Origin: a virus
Length of the DNA stretch: 64,000 bases
Direction: 5' to 3' (one strand)
Virus record (IMG/VR): IMGVR_UViG_3300005613_004097
Span: 1 to 64,000 of that record
Part shown: one piece after another, positions 1 to 9,872 of the stretch
Position numbering within the stretch: position 1 is the first letter of the stretch
How the letters are laid out: every line of letters begins with the position of its first letter
Notes under the pieces: model-generated
Seen by the model: the letters and a program-made list of their open reading frames with translations, nothing else
What the model was told of the DNA's origin: nothing
Databases searched by the model: none
Made by a program: the position numbers and the translations under genes

Positions 1-12
1 TTTAATAATGTT

Positions 13-228
13 TTATGAATTCTGAAAATATTTCATAACTGATTCACAATTTTCAATAAGATATTTTCGATAAACATCCTCATCATCAGATTGTGTTTGT
101 ATATCATTCAATTGATTTTTGATTTTTAGGATTTTAGTATAATTTTCTTCCATTTTTGTGATTTCAGAATCCAACTGTATTGCTAAATTCTCCATTTGTG
201 AATCACTTTCGGTTTTTTCTTTTTTCAT
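13..228 (-). CDS. hypothetical coiled-coil protein
   Basis: 71-aa ORF; TAnnTTTG promoter motif upstream at 298-305 (minus). Confidence 0.5.
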   Translation of the reverse strand: MKKEKTESDSQMENLAIQLDSEITKMEENYTKILKIKNQLNDIQTQSDDEDVYRKYLIENCESVMKYFQNS

Positions 229-306
229 AAAATCGTTCTTAATTTTTTTTGGAAGGAATTGATTTCTTTATTTTTTATTCATCTCTTTTATATATTACAA
301 ATATAA

Positions 307-1071
307 TCATTTGTTTTTATCATAATTGACATTTATTTTTTTTCTTTGGTGATGTCCTCTTTCTTGAAGAACATAAAGTGCTGCTAATTTTTCAGCACTG
401 TGATTGTTCATATAATCATCATAGTTCAATCTCATCTTGTTTTTTATCTTGATTATTCTTTTTGTGTCCATTTTCTCGAACCTTTTAATATTCTGATTGA
501 ATATTTCAAGGTTGTGTGTGTCTGTTGGTGGATTGATCCGTTCTCTTTGTTTTCTTTCTTTGAGGTATTCTCCTGCAACAAATCGATGTTCCTGACCGTC
601 TTGTAATTTAACGGTATATTTTCTGATACCATTTTTATTTATATCACCAACAAATGTGATGATTCCTGGCATATCATTGAAAAACACCTTTTGATTGATC
701 TCAAAACTATTTTCCTTGTCAAGTTTTGCTTGTTTTTCAGTTCTGAGATTTTTCTCATATTCTCTTTCGAATCTGAGCTGTTCGATTTTTTTTATTTCTT
801 CATCGGTGTAGATTTCGATTTCCAAAGAACTTTCACTCACAATGTTTTTTATCAAAAAACTTCTGTTTGCTTTTGTTATGGCATTGATATCATATTCGAA
901 TCCTGCGAGTTTTTCAATATTGAATTGGTTCTTGATAATTGCAGAAATCCATATTCTATCAATGCCCTCGTGTGTCTTGGTCATATTGACATCAATTATG
1001 TGCTTCACCATTTTGACCATTTCTTCATTTTTTTCAATGAAGTTTTTCAATGCTTCCCCGTTGTATGTCAT
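307..1071 (-). CDS. hypothetical protein
   Basis: 254-aa ORF in a tightly packed minus-strand run. Confidence 0.7.
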   Translation of the reverse strand: MTYNGEALKNFIEKNEEMVKMVKHIIDVNMTKTHEGIDRIWISAIIKNQFNIEKLAGFEYDINAITKANRSFLIKNIVSESSLEIEIYTDEEIKKIEQLRFEREYEKNLRTEKQAKLDKENSFEINQKVFFNDMPGIITFVGDINKNGIRKYTVKLQDGQEHRFVAGEYLKERKQRERINPPTDTHNLEIFNQNIKRFEKMDTKRIIKIKNKMRLNYDDYMNNHSAEKLAALYVLQERGHHQRKKINVNYDKNK

Positions 1072-1244
1072 TTTTTAATGTATTTGCTCATTATTAACTG
1101 TCCTTTCTTGATGGTATCTTGAACTTTCTTGCATGAAAAGTGATTCAAGACTTTTATACGAACACCAAGAAGTGAATCCGTGTATTGGATTTTTCTTTTA
1201 CAATTTGGGTCACCACACTCACATTTTTCTATCCACTTACTCAT
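1068..1244 (-). CDS. small Cys-containing hypothetical protein (not in ORF track)
   Basis: Manual translation MSKWIEKCECGDPNCKRKIQY...IKK*, 58 aa; ATGA overlap with the next gene. Confidence 0.55.
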   Translation of the reverse strand: MSKWIEKCECGDPNCKRKIQYTDSLLGVRIKVLNHFSCKKVQDTIKKGQLIMSKYIKK

Positions 1245-1249
1245 TTTAT

Positions 1250-1549
1250 TTAATTTTCTGACTCAAAAAGATAAACTTGAGTCTCTGGTTCATAAAAGGG
1301 CTCAGGGCAATTTCCGATGTAAAAATCTTCATCTTCCACCTCGGTAGGTATGAGTTCGTAAAAATCGATGTTTTTAATTTTTCTGAAATTACTGATATCA
1401 TGATATTCCGTCAGGAATAACACTCGCGGTTCATGTGTTCCAACGTTTTTATGAACTACTATAACATCTTGGTATATAGCCATTTCTTTGGCTCTTTCAA
1501 ATGCCAATGTTCTAATATCCCAATAGAAATTCTTGCCTTGTCTTTTCAT
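1250..1549 (-). CDS. hypothetical protein
   Basis: 99-aa ORF with operon-like spacing. Confidence 0.6.
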   Translation of the reverse strand: MKRQGKNFYWDIRTLAFERAKEMAIYQDVIVVHKNVGTHEPRVLFLTEYHDISNFRKIKNIDFYELIPTEVEDEDFYIGNCPEPFYEPETQVYLFESEN

Positions 1550-1553
1550 TTTT

Positions 1554-1997
1554 TCATTTACCCATTAAGTATTCAACAACTGATTTCCAATTTGGAAATT
1601 TTTCTTGTCCGAAATGAATGTGTTCTCCTTCGAATTCACTTTGACCATGTTCAGTAACATCATCAATGAGGAATTCTCCTTTAAGTAATGATTTGTCACA
1701 AGCCATTATGGTTTTTCTTTGTGTTTCCAATCCAAGGTGATTTCTGACCCACATTGCTTTTTCTGTGTAACAAGCAACATTCTGAACAGATGGTCTTGTT
1801 AGAATCCAAACATCATACTTTTCTTCGAGTTTTTTGAATGATTCGATTGCGTCTTTCATTGGCTCAAGTTCCAAGAAGAATCCCACTCTTGATTGTGGAA
1901 AAGGTTGTAGTGGAAAAAGTTTCTTGTCTCGGTCAGAGGCCTTTTCATAGTCACAAAGAACGCCATCCATATCGACATATACTATTTGTTTTTTCAT
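1554..1997 (-). CDS. 5'(3')-deoxyribonucleotidase (NT5C, HAD superfamily)
   Basis: VYVDMDGVLCDY HAD motif I; 'KSLLKGEFLIDD' motif; C-terminal 'FPNW'. Confidence 0.85.
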   Translation of the reverse strand: MKKQIVYVDMDGVLCDYEKASDRDKKLFPLQPFPQSRVGFFLELEPMKDAIESFKKLEEKYDVWILTRPSVQNVACYTEKAMWVRNHLGLETQRKTIMACDKSLLKGEFLIDDVTEHGQSEFEGEHIHFGQEKFPNWKSVVEYLMGK

Positions 1998-2014
1998 ATT
2001 ACAAATATAATGAA

Positions 2015-2494
2015 TTAATTTTGAATTTCAAAGACCATATCATTCTCGACATACTCTTCGAATAGATTTTTCTCTTTCAATAGTTCAATTACCTCATCAG
2101 TACAATCTGCTTCATCTGATGCATAAGCAAATTGAATCTTATTAAGAACATATTTCACACCATTCTTATCTGCCCATTCTTTGATGATATCTGATACTTG
2201 ATTGAAATTGTTTTCAAGTTCTGAATTTTGCAATTGTGTTATTTCCTGTCGGAATGTTCCTTCGATTTCGACTGCTTCTGCTTGAAGTTCTCTGAATCTT
2301 TCTGCCTTTTCCTGTTGTGTCTTGTCGTCAAGTATGAGTTTCTGAGATGCTTGTACGATCTGCTCCATTTCATCTCTTATGGATTCGATTTTTTTTGCAA
2401 ATCGATCTTTTTCATTGTTCACCTTTTCAATTGATCTGTGGTAAGGTTCGTAGTTTTTTAGTAGTTTTTCGGTGTCTGCTATTCTGAATTCCAT
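2015..2494 (-). CDS. OmpH/Skp-like chaperone lacking a signal peptide
   Basis: Short N-terminal strand, long coiled coil, then 'IKEWADKNGVKYVLN...YASDEADCTDEVIELL', typical of the OmpH C-terminus. Confidence 0.65.
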   Translation of the reverse strand: MEFRIADTEKLLKNYEPYHRSIEKVNNEKDRFAKKIESIRDEMEQIVQASQKLILDDKTQQEKAERFRELQAEAVEIEGTFRQEITQLQNSELENNFNQVSDIIKEWADKNGVKYVLNKIQFAYASDEADCTDEVIELLKEKNLFEEYVENDMVFEIQN

Positions 2495-2526
2495 TTTAAT
2501 ATTATTTTTTCAAGTTATATTGAATT

Positions 2527-3285
2527 TTAAAATGAATGTTTAGGTAGATATTCTTCCAATGTAGGAACAAAGTTGAGACATCGATAGAATTTTGCATCAG
2601 ACTCAGGACCGATATAAAGTAAGTATCCACCAGCTACTGGAAATCCCCATTCTCTTAATATGGTTGCATAAAGTGATATCTGAATTGAATATTCATTGTG
2701 ATGGTTCTGATAATGATCTTGAAATGGTGTCAACAATTTATCATATCTTTGTGTTTCATCGGTGGTGAATTTTTTATTTGTCTTATAATCGACTATCACT
2801 ATTTTTCCCTTGTATAGAAATAGTGAATCTATTGTTCCAGCAATCGGATATTTCTTTGAGAAAACTCTTTTTTCCATTACTATCGGTTCCAATTTATGAA
2901 GGTGTGTTGCGTATATCTTATTGAATTTGTTTATTCTGTCTATGATATCAATATTGGTGGGCAATGGATTGTATTTTTCATTGAAATAATCTTCGATCCA
3001 TTCGTGTGTTGCTGTTCCCACGATATTTGCGTAGTCATTCTTATCTTGCCATTCCTTTAGTATTTCCTCTTGCGAGATACCTCTATCATCGGCCTTCTTT
3101 TTTGACCAGTATTCTGTGTCGAATTTTTTGTGAAAGTTCTGTAAGAATTGAGTTGCTGAGATGTAATGTTTTCCCTTATAATGGTATTTGTGCTGATCGG
3201 GATCGAATGTGAATTCGGGATCATCGAAACAGGTCAGTTTATTTATGATTTCATCTTTTGTCACATTTATTTTATTGAAAATCAA
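2527..3285 (-). CDS. PD-(D/E)xK exonuclease
   Basis: 'GTATHEWIE', 'IAGTIDSLF', 'IVDYKT', 'QISLYA' motifs; TTG start uncertain. Confidence 0.8.
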   Translation of the reverse strand: MIFNKINVTKDEIINKLTCFDDPEFTFDPDQHKYHYKGKHYISATQFLQNFHKKFDTEYWSKKKADDRGISQEEILKEWQDKNDYANIVGTATHEWIEDYFNEKYNPLPTNIDIIDRINKFNKIYATHLHKLEPIVMEKRVFSKKYPIAGTIDSLFLYKGKIVIVDYKTNKKFTTDETQRYDKLLTPFQDHYQNHHNEYSIQISLYATILREWGFPVAGGYLLYIGPESDAKFYRCLNFVPTLEEYLPKHSF

Positions 3286-3309
3286 CTCATTGGTTTAATA
3301 TATAGATGT

Positions 3310-4275
3310 ATGAAACTCTTAAAATACAGACAATTCAATGAGTCTAAACAGAATATAGATTCCATATGTAAAGAATTTGGCATCAAAAACTATACTATCA
3401 ATGGGGATGGATCAATTGATGTTGATGGAAATGTTGATTTATCATCTAAAAAATTAACTAAACTTCCATTAAAATTCAGAAATGTAAGTGGTGGTTTTTG
3501 GTGTCATGATAATAAATTAACTTCTTTAGAAGGAAGTCCAAAAAGTGTTGGTTATTTTGATTGTTCTAGGAATCAATTAACTTCTTTAGAAGGAAGTCCA
3601 AAAAGTGTTGGTGGTTATTTTGATTGTTCTAGGAATCAATTAACTTCTTTAGAAGGAAGTCCAAAAAGTGTTGGTTATTTTGATTGTTCTAGGAATCAAT
3701 TAACTTCTTTAGAAGGAAGTCCAAAAAGGGTTGCTGGTAATTTTTGGTGTGATGATAATAAATTAACTTCTTTAGAAGGTGGTCCAAAAAGTGTGGGTGG
3801 TGATTTTTATTGTGATAATAATAATCAATTAACTTCTTTAGAAGGAAGTCCAAGTGTGGGTGGTGATTTTTATTGTCATGCTAATAAATTAACTTCTTTA
3901 GAAGGTGGTCCAAAAAGTGTTGGTGGTCATTTTAATTGTCATGATAATAAATTAACTTCTTTAGAAGGTGGTCCAAAAAGTGTGGGTGGTGATTTTTATT
4001 GTCATGATAACACAAGCCTTATTTCACTTGAAGGATTTCCTCTACACTATGATGAGACCAAAAACTTTTCATGCGAAAACACCAAACTTGAAGAAATATA
4101 TGAACTCTTTGACACCATCGATGCAATTGAATGGATCAACGAATTCGAAGCGATCAATTATGACAGTGATGTTCCAGAAGTTTATTATATGAAATTATTG
4201 GATGTTTGGAACGAACTTGGACAAGAACCTATACCAAAAGAGGAAATAAATCTTAAAAATTATAAATTGATATGA
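3310..4275 (+). CDS. leucine-rich-repeat-like protein (LTSLEGxPxxVGGxFxC repeats)
   Basis: Likely start MKLLKYRQFNES after TAATATATA at 3296-3304; eight 20-22-aa repeats. Confidence 0.85.
   Translation: MKLLKYRQFNESKQNIDSICKEFGIKNYTINGDGSIDVDGNVDLSSKKLTKLPLKFRNVSGGFWCHDNKLTSLEGSPKSVGYFDCSRNQLTSLEGSPKSVGGYFDCSRNQLTSLEGSPKSVGYFDCSRNQLTSLEGSPKRVAGNFWCDDNKLTSLEGGPKSVGGDFYCDNNNQLTSLEGSPSVGGDFYCHANKLTSLEGGPKSVGGHFNCHDNKLTSLEGGPKSVGGDFYCHDNTSLISLEGFPLHYDETKNFSCENTKLEEIYELFDTIDAIEWINEFEAINYDSDVPEVYYMKLLDVWNELGQEPIPKEEINLKNYKLI
3480..4040 (+). repeat. intragenic tandem repeat, 60-66 bp units
   Basis: Core aattaacttctttagaagg recurs 8 times, some units nearly identical; boundaries approximate. Confidence 0.9.
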
Positions 4276-4742
4276 AACATTTAAAGAAATTCAACGAATC
4301 GAAATCTGATCTTGATTTTGAGACATTCAAAGAAATAATGGAAAGATTGCTTGATGAATTTCCGTCAGAAATAAGATTTGATGATTATTCAGGTGAAGAA
4401 GACCCATTCTATGATTTTCATATTGCTTTTCCAAAAATAGAAGCTGATATGATATTCGAGGATGGTGTATTTTCATTTGATTATTTGGATTACATGGATT
4501 CAGAAGCACCAGAACCAGTGCCAGATGATCTGATGGATAATGTTGACAATCATATAAATATGTTGAGAAAGATACAAAGAGAGTCAGAGAATGCAATTCG
4601 CATACACGACCAATTCAAGGAAATGATGATAATTTTCATCGATGAGGTAAAGCCGATTCTCGAAAGTTTCTCAAATTGTCTTGATGTCACCATAGGAGCA
4701 TCTATCGATGAATTGAGAATCTGTTTTGAAATAAAATATTAA
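4272..4742 (+). CDS. acidic hypothetical protein with MKHLKKFNES N-terminus
   Basis: 156-aa ORF, ATGA-coupled to the upstream gene. Confidence 0.7.
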   Translation: MKHLKKFNESKSDLDFETFKEIMERLLDEFPSEIRFDDYSGEEDPFYDFHIAFPKIEADMIFEDGVFSFDYLDYMDSEAPEPVPDDLMDNVDNHINMLRKIQRESENAIRIHDQFKEMMIIFIDEVKPILESFSNCLDVTIGASIDELRICFEIKY

Positions 4743-4749
4743 TTGGTTG

Positions 4750-5478
4750 ATGAAATATATTGAGACATTTAACGAGAACAATGAGCATGGTATAATTGAG
4801 TGGATATCCATGAAATTAGGTCGAAACATCGGAAAAAGAATCGGTGACGGACTTTTTTCTGTCGTATATGAGTTCGGTGATATGAGGGCAATAAGATTTT
4901 CTGATGTTTTAAAAAAAGAGTATATTGAATTGGAAAATAAGACAATTCCACACATTGTGAGAATCTATCAGAACGGAAGTATAAAAGTTCCAAAAAAATT
5001 CATTCAAAGAACACCAAGTGGTTATTTCTTTGAATTGGGTTGGAACACATACCATAGTGATACTTTATATTATACCATCATGGAGCGGGTTTATCGCTCT
5101 TTCAAGTTCGTTGATGCCATGGACATGATAGATATCACAATAGGATATTATATCGAAGAGCATGAAGATTATAATGATATTACTAAATTCGGATATCTTT
5201 ATGATGAATGTAATTCACATGATGTGATACAATGGATATATGATTCACTTCAAGGAGACCTGGATCCTTATAAATTCAAGTATGTAAGTCATATTTTTGC
5301 AGATCTCGTTGTTCTTATGAGAAGTCTGTCAAAAAAGTTTGAATGGCGTGATATACATTCGGCTCAGTTCGGTCAAAGAAAGAATGGTGAGTTGGTGGCC
5401 TTTGATATTGATGGGATCGAGATAAATGATTCATATGAATTGAAAAACATCATAAAAGAAAAAGGTCCTCTTGATTGA
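4750..5478 (+). CDS. protein kinase-like fold protein
   Basis: Gly loop IGDGLFSVVYE, 'IMERV', catalytic-loop-like WRDIHSAQF, 'VAFD'. Confidence 0.65.
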   Translation: MKYIETFNENNEHGIIEWISMKLGRNIGKRIGDGLFSVVYEFGDMRAIRFSDVLKKEYIELENKTIPHIVRIYQNGSIKVPKKFIQRTPSGYFFELGWNTYHSDTLYYTIMERVYRSFKFVDAMDMIDITIGYYIEEHEDYNDITKFGYLYDECNSHDVIQWIYDSLQGDLDPYKFKYVSHIFADLVVLMRSLSKKFEWRDIHSAQFGQRKNGELVAFDIDGIEINDSYELKNIIKEKGPLD

Positions 5479-5488
5479 GGACCTTTTT
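5459..5488. terminator. bidirectional intrinsic terminator
   Basis: AAAAGGTCCTC-ttgatt-GAGGACCTTTT between convergent genes. Confidence 0.85.
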
Positions 5489-5492
5489 GATT

Positions 5493-6344
5493 TTAGTAAA
5501 GAATCGATTTTAGTTTTTCTCTTCTCACGGCCCATTGTGTTATCTTCAACACTTTTTCAGTTTCTCTTTTAATAACACTTGAGTCCATTTTTGCAAATAT
5601 TCTCATATATGTTTGAAATACTGCAAATGCATCTAAAACAATGTCCTCGTTAGGTTCTACTGTTTTTATGTTCTCACTTTTTTTAGAGAGTAGTGAGTAA
5701 GCTTTTTGATCCAATTTACCTCGTTGTGTGAATTTGATATCATACTTCAATTTGTCAAAATTCTTGTGAGCCGCTAAGGATTCACCATCACCAACGATAA
5801 CTTCTCTCAATTTTGAGAATCTGATAGTGTGGTCAATTAGTTTTTTCATTGCCTCGATCTGGTCTGTGAAGTTCTCATCATTTATGTTGTCACTTACCAT
5901 GTCTGCGGCCTCTGTGACACCTCTGAGGTGTTTTTTTGAAAGACTTACATTCTTTTTACTGAAAACGGTATAGAAATTACCTTTTCTCGAATAAAGACCT
6001 GTGTTGAACTGTAGTCTTCGTGTTTTGTCAGTTGAGTTGATGATGTGAAATGTTTTTTGAAACTCGTGACCGTTCAATTCAATTACATCTGAGTAAAGGG
6101 TAAGCTCTTGAATTCCACCGGTCAATTTCAATCGATATTTATCGATCGTGAAATTCTGCTCGATCATATCAATTCTTGATTTGATGTAATTTTTGATGTC
6201 AAATACCTCGTATCTGTCTGATACTGTAGCGGTCTTGGTCACACGGTCACCGATCTTTGTGATGATGGTATTGCCTTCTCTGATGATAGAGATGCTGTCA
6301 ATTTTTTCGAGTAGTTCTTGTTTGTTGTAGGTTTTGATTATCAT
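5493..6344 (-). CDS. DUF932-like protein
   Basis: 'IINSTDKTRRLQFNTGLY...KKHLRG' resembles the DUF932 core; promoter motif at 6360-6367. Confidence 0.5.
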   Translation of the reverse strand: MIIKTYNKQELLEKIDSISIIREGNTIITKIGDRVTKTATVSDRYEVFDIKNYIKSRIDMIEQNFTIDKYRLKLTGGIQELTLYSDVIELNGHEFQKTFHIINSTDKTRRLQFNTGLYSRKGNFYTVFSKKNVSLSKKHLRGVTEAADMVSDNINDENFTDQIEAMKKLIDHTIRFSKLREVIVGDGESLAAHKNFDKLKYDIKFTQRGKLDQKAYSLLSKKSENIKTVEPNEDIVLDAFAVFQTYMRIFAKMDSSVIKRETEKVLKITQWAVRREKLKSILY

Positions 6345-6434
6345 ATCGTTTATTTGTCACAAATATAGTAAATTTTTGTGACACCACAAGTGATGTTTTG
6401 AAAAATAATATATAGATAAAATCTAATATTTAAA

Positions 6435-7433
6435 ATGTCTTTAGGAACACCATCAATAGGAACATCATCAGCTTGGTACTCTCAGTATGAGACCGATATA
6501 ACTCAATTGTTACAGAGGTTGCAGGATAACACATCCAATCTGATAAATGCAAAGGATGTTCGTGATTCCATATGGACATTATACAATCAGATACTTTTAA
6601 CAGCTTCTCAATCAGCCACACAATCTTTATATGACCTTGGTACACCTTCAACCGTTACTGTTGGTGGTATTATAAAAGGATCAACCTTTTCTCAGGCAAG
6701 TTTAAAGGACCTTTTCGACCAGATGTTATTGCCATATGTTGCTCCTACGATCGATCAATTTCAATTGAGTTCTCAATTATATCAGTTCGGACAGGTTGCA
6801 CCTTTACTGACATCATCATATAGTATAACACCAGGATCGGTTCCATTGTTTTCAATACAGTTGTTTGGTCCATCTGGTCTACTGTCAACAAATATACCAA
6901 GTGGATCTGATCCTGAAACTAGTGTTTTTGGGGCGATCGTACCCACATATTCGACAACGCCTGTTTTGATCGATAGCAATACATTCACAATGAGTGTTGT
7001 AACAGCTGATTCACTTTCATTCAGTTCAACCACTTCAATCGATTACAATCACAAGATATACTATGGACCAATTGACCTTACACCGATAGGTGGTTTCACT
7101 GCATCTGATCCAATATCTGTTTCGACAGTAGAATCATATCTTACCGATACAAGAATAAAAGGACTTTCATATTCAGACCTGACAACTGGTTTCACATTCG
7201 ATCAGGATATGGTATTTGCAACAGGATCTTATTTCGTTTTTGCTCATCCTACTTTGTTCGGTGAATTGCCATATCAAGGTTTTTATGTAGAGAACATGTT
7301 CACAACAGATCACACAAAGATAAGAGATGCGTCAACATTTTCAAATGAATATTCGTACCTGACACAATATGATGTTTGGATATCGAATGCAAGTTATGAT
7401 AATGTTGATATAAATATAAGACATGATGGATGA
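6435..7433 (+). CDS. putative virion structural protein (Ser/Thr-rich, beta-rich)
   Basis: 332 aa, low-Lys S/T-rich composition; TAATATATA upstream. Confidence 0.55.
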   Translation: MSLGTPSIGTSSAWYSQYETDITQLLQRLQDNTSNLINAKDVRDSIWTLYNQILLTASQSATQSLYDLGTPSTVTVGGIIKGSTFSQASLKDLFDQMLLPYVAPTIDQFQLSSQLYQFGQVAPLLTSSYSITPGSVPLFSIQLFGPSGLLSTNIPSGSDPETSVFGAIVPTYSTTPVLIDSNTFTMSVVTADSLSFSSTTSIDYNHKIYYGPIDLTPIGGFTASDPISVSTVESYLTDTRIKGLSYSDLTTGFTFDQDMVFATGSYFVFAHPTLFGELPYQGFYVENMFTTDHTKIRDASTFSNEYSYLTQYDVWISNASYDNVDINIRHDG

Positions 7434-8062
7434 GAATTTTAAGGTTTTACCAACATATCAATGAGGAACTTTCAAAGAATGATCCGATACCTGAACTTGA
7501 TATGAGTTCCAAACTCGGTGTGATCTTACTTGGAGCCCCTGGTTCTGGAAAATCAACTTTCATAAGAGATGAGATGATGCGGAAAATGTCAAATTTCAAA
7601 TCGTTTTCATCAGATGATGTTTCTTTGATGTTCACTAAGGATCCCAATGTTAGAAAGCGAGGTGCGTCAAGATTGAACATTGATAGATTGAAAAGGTTCA
7701 TGTTGAGTGGTCAGAATTTCATATATGACACAACTGGATCAAGTGATGGAAATCTTCGATCTATCATTGATCATTCGAAAGAATTGGGTTATGATATACT
7801 ATTCATACATATAATAGTGAGTTTAGATACAGCAAAGAAGCATAATCTAGAAAGAAAAACCAAAGGAGGTCATTTTGTTGATGTTGATTACTTGGAAAAA
7901 AATTACAGGGAACAATTCTCAAAGATGAAAGAATATGAATCTGAATTTGATCCTCTTTCATATTATGTTGTTCTGAATAAAATAGATTCATACAAATATT
8001 ATAAGATGGATTCAGGTAAGCTTTTAAAAAGGCGTGTGGATAGGTATGTTCCGATTCATTGA
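7430..8062 (+). CDS. P-loop kinase (AAA_33/zeta-toxin/PNK-like)
   Basis: GAPGSGKST Walker A, 'SSDD', 'IYDTT', 'ERKTKGGHFV'. Confidence 0.75.
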   Translation: MRILRFYQHINEELSKNDPIPELDMSSKLGVILLGAPGSGKSTFIRDEMMRKMSNFKSFSSDDVSLMFTKDPNVRKRGASRLNIDRLKRFMLSGQNFIYDTTGSSDGNLRSIIDHSKELGYDILFIHIIVSLDTAKKHNLERKTKGGHFVDVDYLEKNYREQFSKMKEYESEFDPLSYYVVLNKIDSYKYYKMDSGKLLKRRVDRYVPIH

Positions 8063-8400
8063 TCTAAGAATATCTCATACTTTTCTGAATTATTAAGATC
8101 GATCTGCATCTCTTCGAATTTATATCCGGTTCTGAACTTTACTATGACCATTGACATGTGTTTTATTTCAGTATCATCAGATACAAATATCGATTGTAAT
8201 ATTGATTTTCTGTGGTCTTTTTTTGCCATGTTCGGTCCAACTTCTATCTCTATTTCACTCAGTCCTGTTCGTTTCTTAACAAAGTCAATCACGATTGTCT
8301 TGTAAATATCAGTTCGTGATTGTGATCGGTAAAGGAAAATTGCATATATCACAACTCTTTTGATATAATTGTGTTTTATCTTTTGAAAGTCAGTTTTCAT
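8056..8400 (-). CDS. hypothetical protein
   Basis: 114-aa ORF in an overlapping gene run. Confidence 0.55.
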   Translation of the reverse strand: MKTDFQKIKHNYIKRVVIYAIFLYRSQSRTDIYKTIVIDFVKKRTGLSEIEIEVGPNMAKKDHRKSILQSIFVSDDTEIKHMSMVIVKFRTGYKFEEMQIDLNNSEKYEIFLDQ

Positions 8401-8629
8401 TAAGGATATTCTTTAATTTCTCTTGTCGATCAGTTATGAAATACTTTTTGAACTCTTCTTGAGTGAAAGGCACTCCTTGGAACCAATCCGGCAAATTTAA
8501 CTGTGTTTGTTTTCTTACAAAGTACCAGTCATCGAATGTGAAATAACATTCTTCATTCAGTTCAAAAAGAAATTGATCTCTATTTTGAAACTTGGTTCTG
8601 AACGGTATCTTCACTTTGCATTTGTACAT
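8390..8629 (-). CDS. hypothetical protein with C-terminal RxxKLxxIL motif
   Basis: 79 aa, ends DRQEKLKNILNEN. Confidence 0.6.
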   Translation of the reverse strand: MYKCKVKIPFRTKFQNRDQFLFELNEECYFTFDDWYFVRKQTQLNLPDWFQGVPFTQEEFKKYFITDRQEKLKNILNEN

Positions 8630-9084
8630 ATCTCGGTCAATGTTTTTAACATATTATCATAGTCATTGAAAATCATTATATTCTTAGAGAATCTATCAGC
8701 TATAACTTCAATATTACCTTTTCTCCAGAAACCATCTGGACAACATATGAACATTTTCTTATGTTTGGCGTAAAGTCCGATTTCCATCATTGATATTGGT
8801 GACAAAGAATCTTTTAATAAATTCATAACTATCAGGTCTGCTCGATCCAATCCATCCAACTCCCAATTTACCTGTTCTTTGAAATATGGATTTTTTATGG
8901 ATTGCTCGGCTGACTTATCGAAATCTTCTCTTCTTGGATTTAAAATTCTTACATCAAATTCTTTCAGTGATTCAGTTAGAGTTTTCTGCCAATCGATTGA
9001 ATTTCCCATCTCGATTGTTCCACCTAAAAAGATGGTGAATTTATTATCGTTAGGATATTTTTCAGGCGCTTTATATGATTCCAT
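8611..9084 (-). CDS. nucleoside 2-deoxyribosyltransferase-like protein
   Basis: IFLGGTIEMG..DWQ, NPRR, EQVNWELDGL, SPISMMEIG, FWRKGNI. Confidence 0.8.
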   Translation of the reverse strand: MESYKAPEKYPNDNKFTIFLGGTIEMGNSIDWQKTLTESLKEFDVRILNPRREDFDKSAEQSIKNPYFKEQVNWELDGLDRADLIVMNLLKDSLSPISMMEIGLYAKHKKMFICCPDGFWRKGNIEVIADRFSKNIMIFNDYDNMLKTLTEICTNAK

Positions 9085-9305
9085 TATTTTAATATTTCTT
9101 TTATTTTCATTTTTCTCATTGATTCTAAATCTAAGAATTTTTTATCAGTATATCCACAATCTTTGCATACATGAAGTGATTCTATCCAATGAAAATCAAG
9201 ATGTGTTTCATCACTGAAACATTCAGGACAGAATCTTCTATTATTTCTCAAAAGTCTGTTCATCTCTTTGGCGAAAACCTCTGATGTGTAAATTCTATTG
9301 TTCAT
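9084..9305 (-). CDS. small zinc-ribbon protein
   Basis: CPEC...CKDCGY; C-terminal RKMKIKEIL. Confidence 0.65.
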   Translation of the reverse strand: MNNRIYTSEVFAKEMNRLLRNNRRFCPECFSDETHLDFHWIESLHVCKDCGYTDKKFLDLESMRKMKIKEILK

Positions 9306-9825
9306 TCAATATTTTCTTTACTTGATCAACTATACCATCAACATCATAAGGACTTTTTATCAGTTGATATTGAATATTATTTTCATCTAAAAGTTTTCTA
9401 TATGTCTCATCTATTTCTTTGGCATGTTCCAAAGTTTGCATTCTACCATTTTCAACATAATCAAAACTTCTTTCAAGGTAATATGAAAGGTTGTTCATTT
9501 TTTCATATTCTGTTAGAACTAGTTCTTTAAAATGTGGATTATCACCAGTATAATAGACGATTGAGTTCAAAAGAGGTGAATCTGTTATTATCACTTCGAC
9601 TTTGTTCATAAGTCTGTATAATCGATTATGTTGTTTTCCAAAAATATAAAGTTGATTTTCGATCTTTTTGAATGATTCTTCCCAAACTACTTCTTTAACA
9701 TATTCTGGTGCCATTTCAACATCGACATGTTCCATTTTTAGTTTGGCAAATATATTTGCACAAAGTGTACTTTTTCCTGTTCCGGGCCCTCCGAATAAAC
9801 TGATCACTAATGTTTTCATACTCAT
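9295..9825 (-). CDS. NadR/Ttd14-like P-loop kinase (AAA_28)
   Basis: GGPGTGKST, 'EYVKE', 'ITDSPLL', 'GRMQT'; start moved to MSMKT. Confidence 0.8.
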   Translation of the reverse strand: MSMKTLVISLFGGPGTGKSTLCANIFAKLKMEHVDVEMAPEYVKEVVWEESFKKIENQLYIFGKQHNRLYRLMNKVEVIITDSPLLNSIVYYTGDNPHFKELVLTEYEKMNNLSYYLERSFDYVENGRMQTLEHAKEIDETYRKLLDENNIQYQLIKSPYDVDGIVDQVKKILNEQ

Positions 9826-9872
9826 TATACATATTAAATGAAATTTAGTTTTCAATTATCAATATATAAGAT

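Noticed and set aside
2527-3285. Cas4 serving the array
   Set aside because: Lacks the four-Cys Fe-S motif, lies about 24 kb away, and looks like a common phage exonuclease.
3480-4040. Second CRISPR array
   Set aside because: The units vary in length by whole codons and the intervening parts are homologous to each other; it is a coding repeat.
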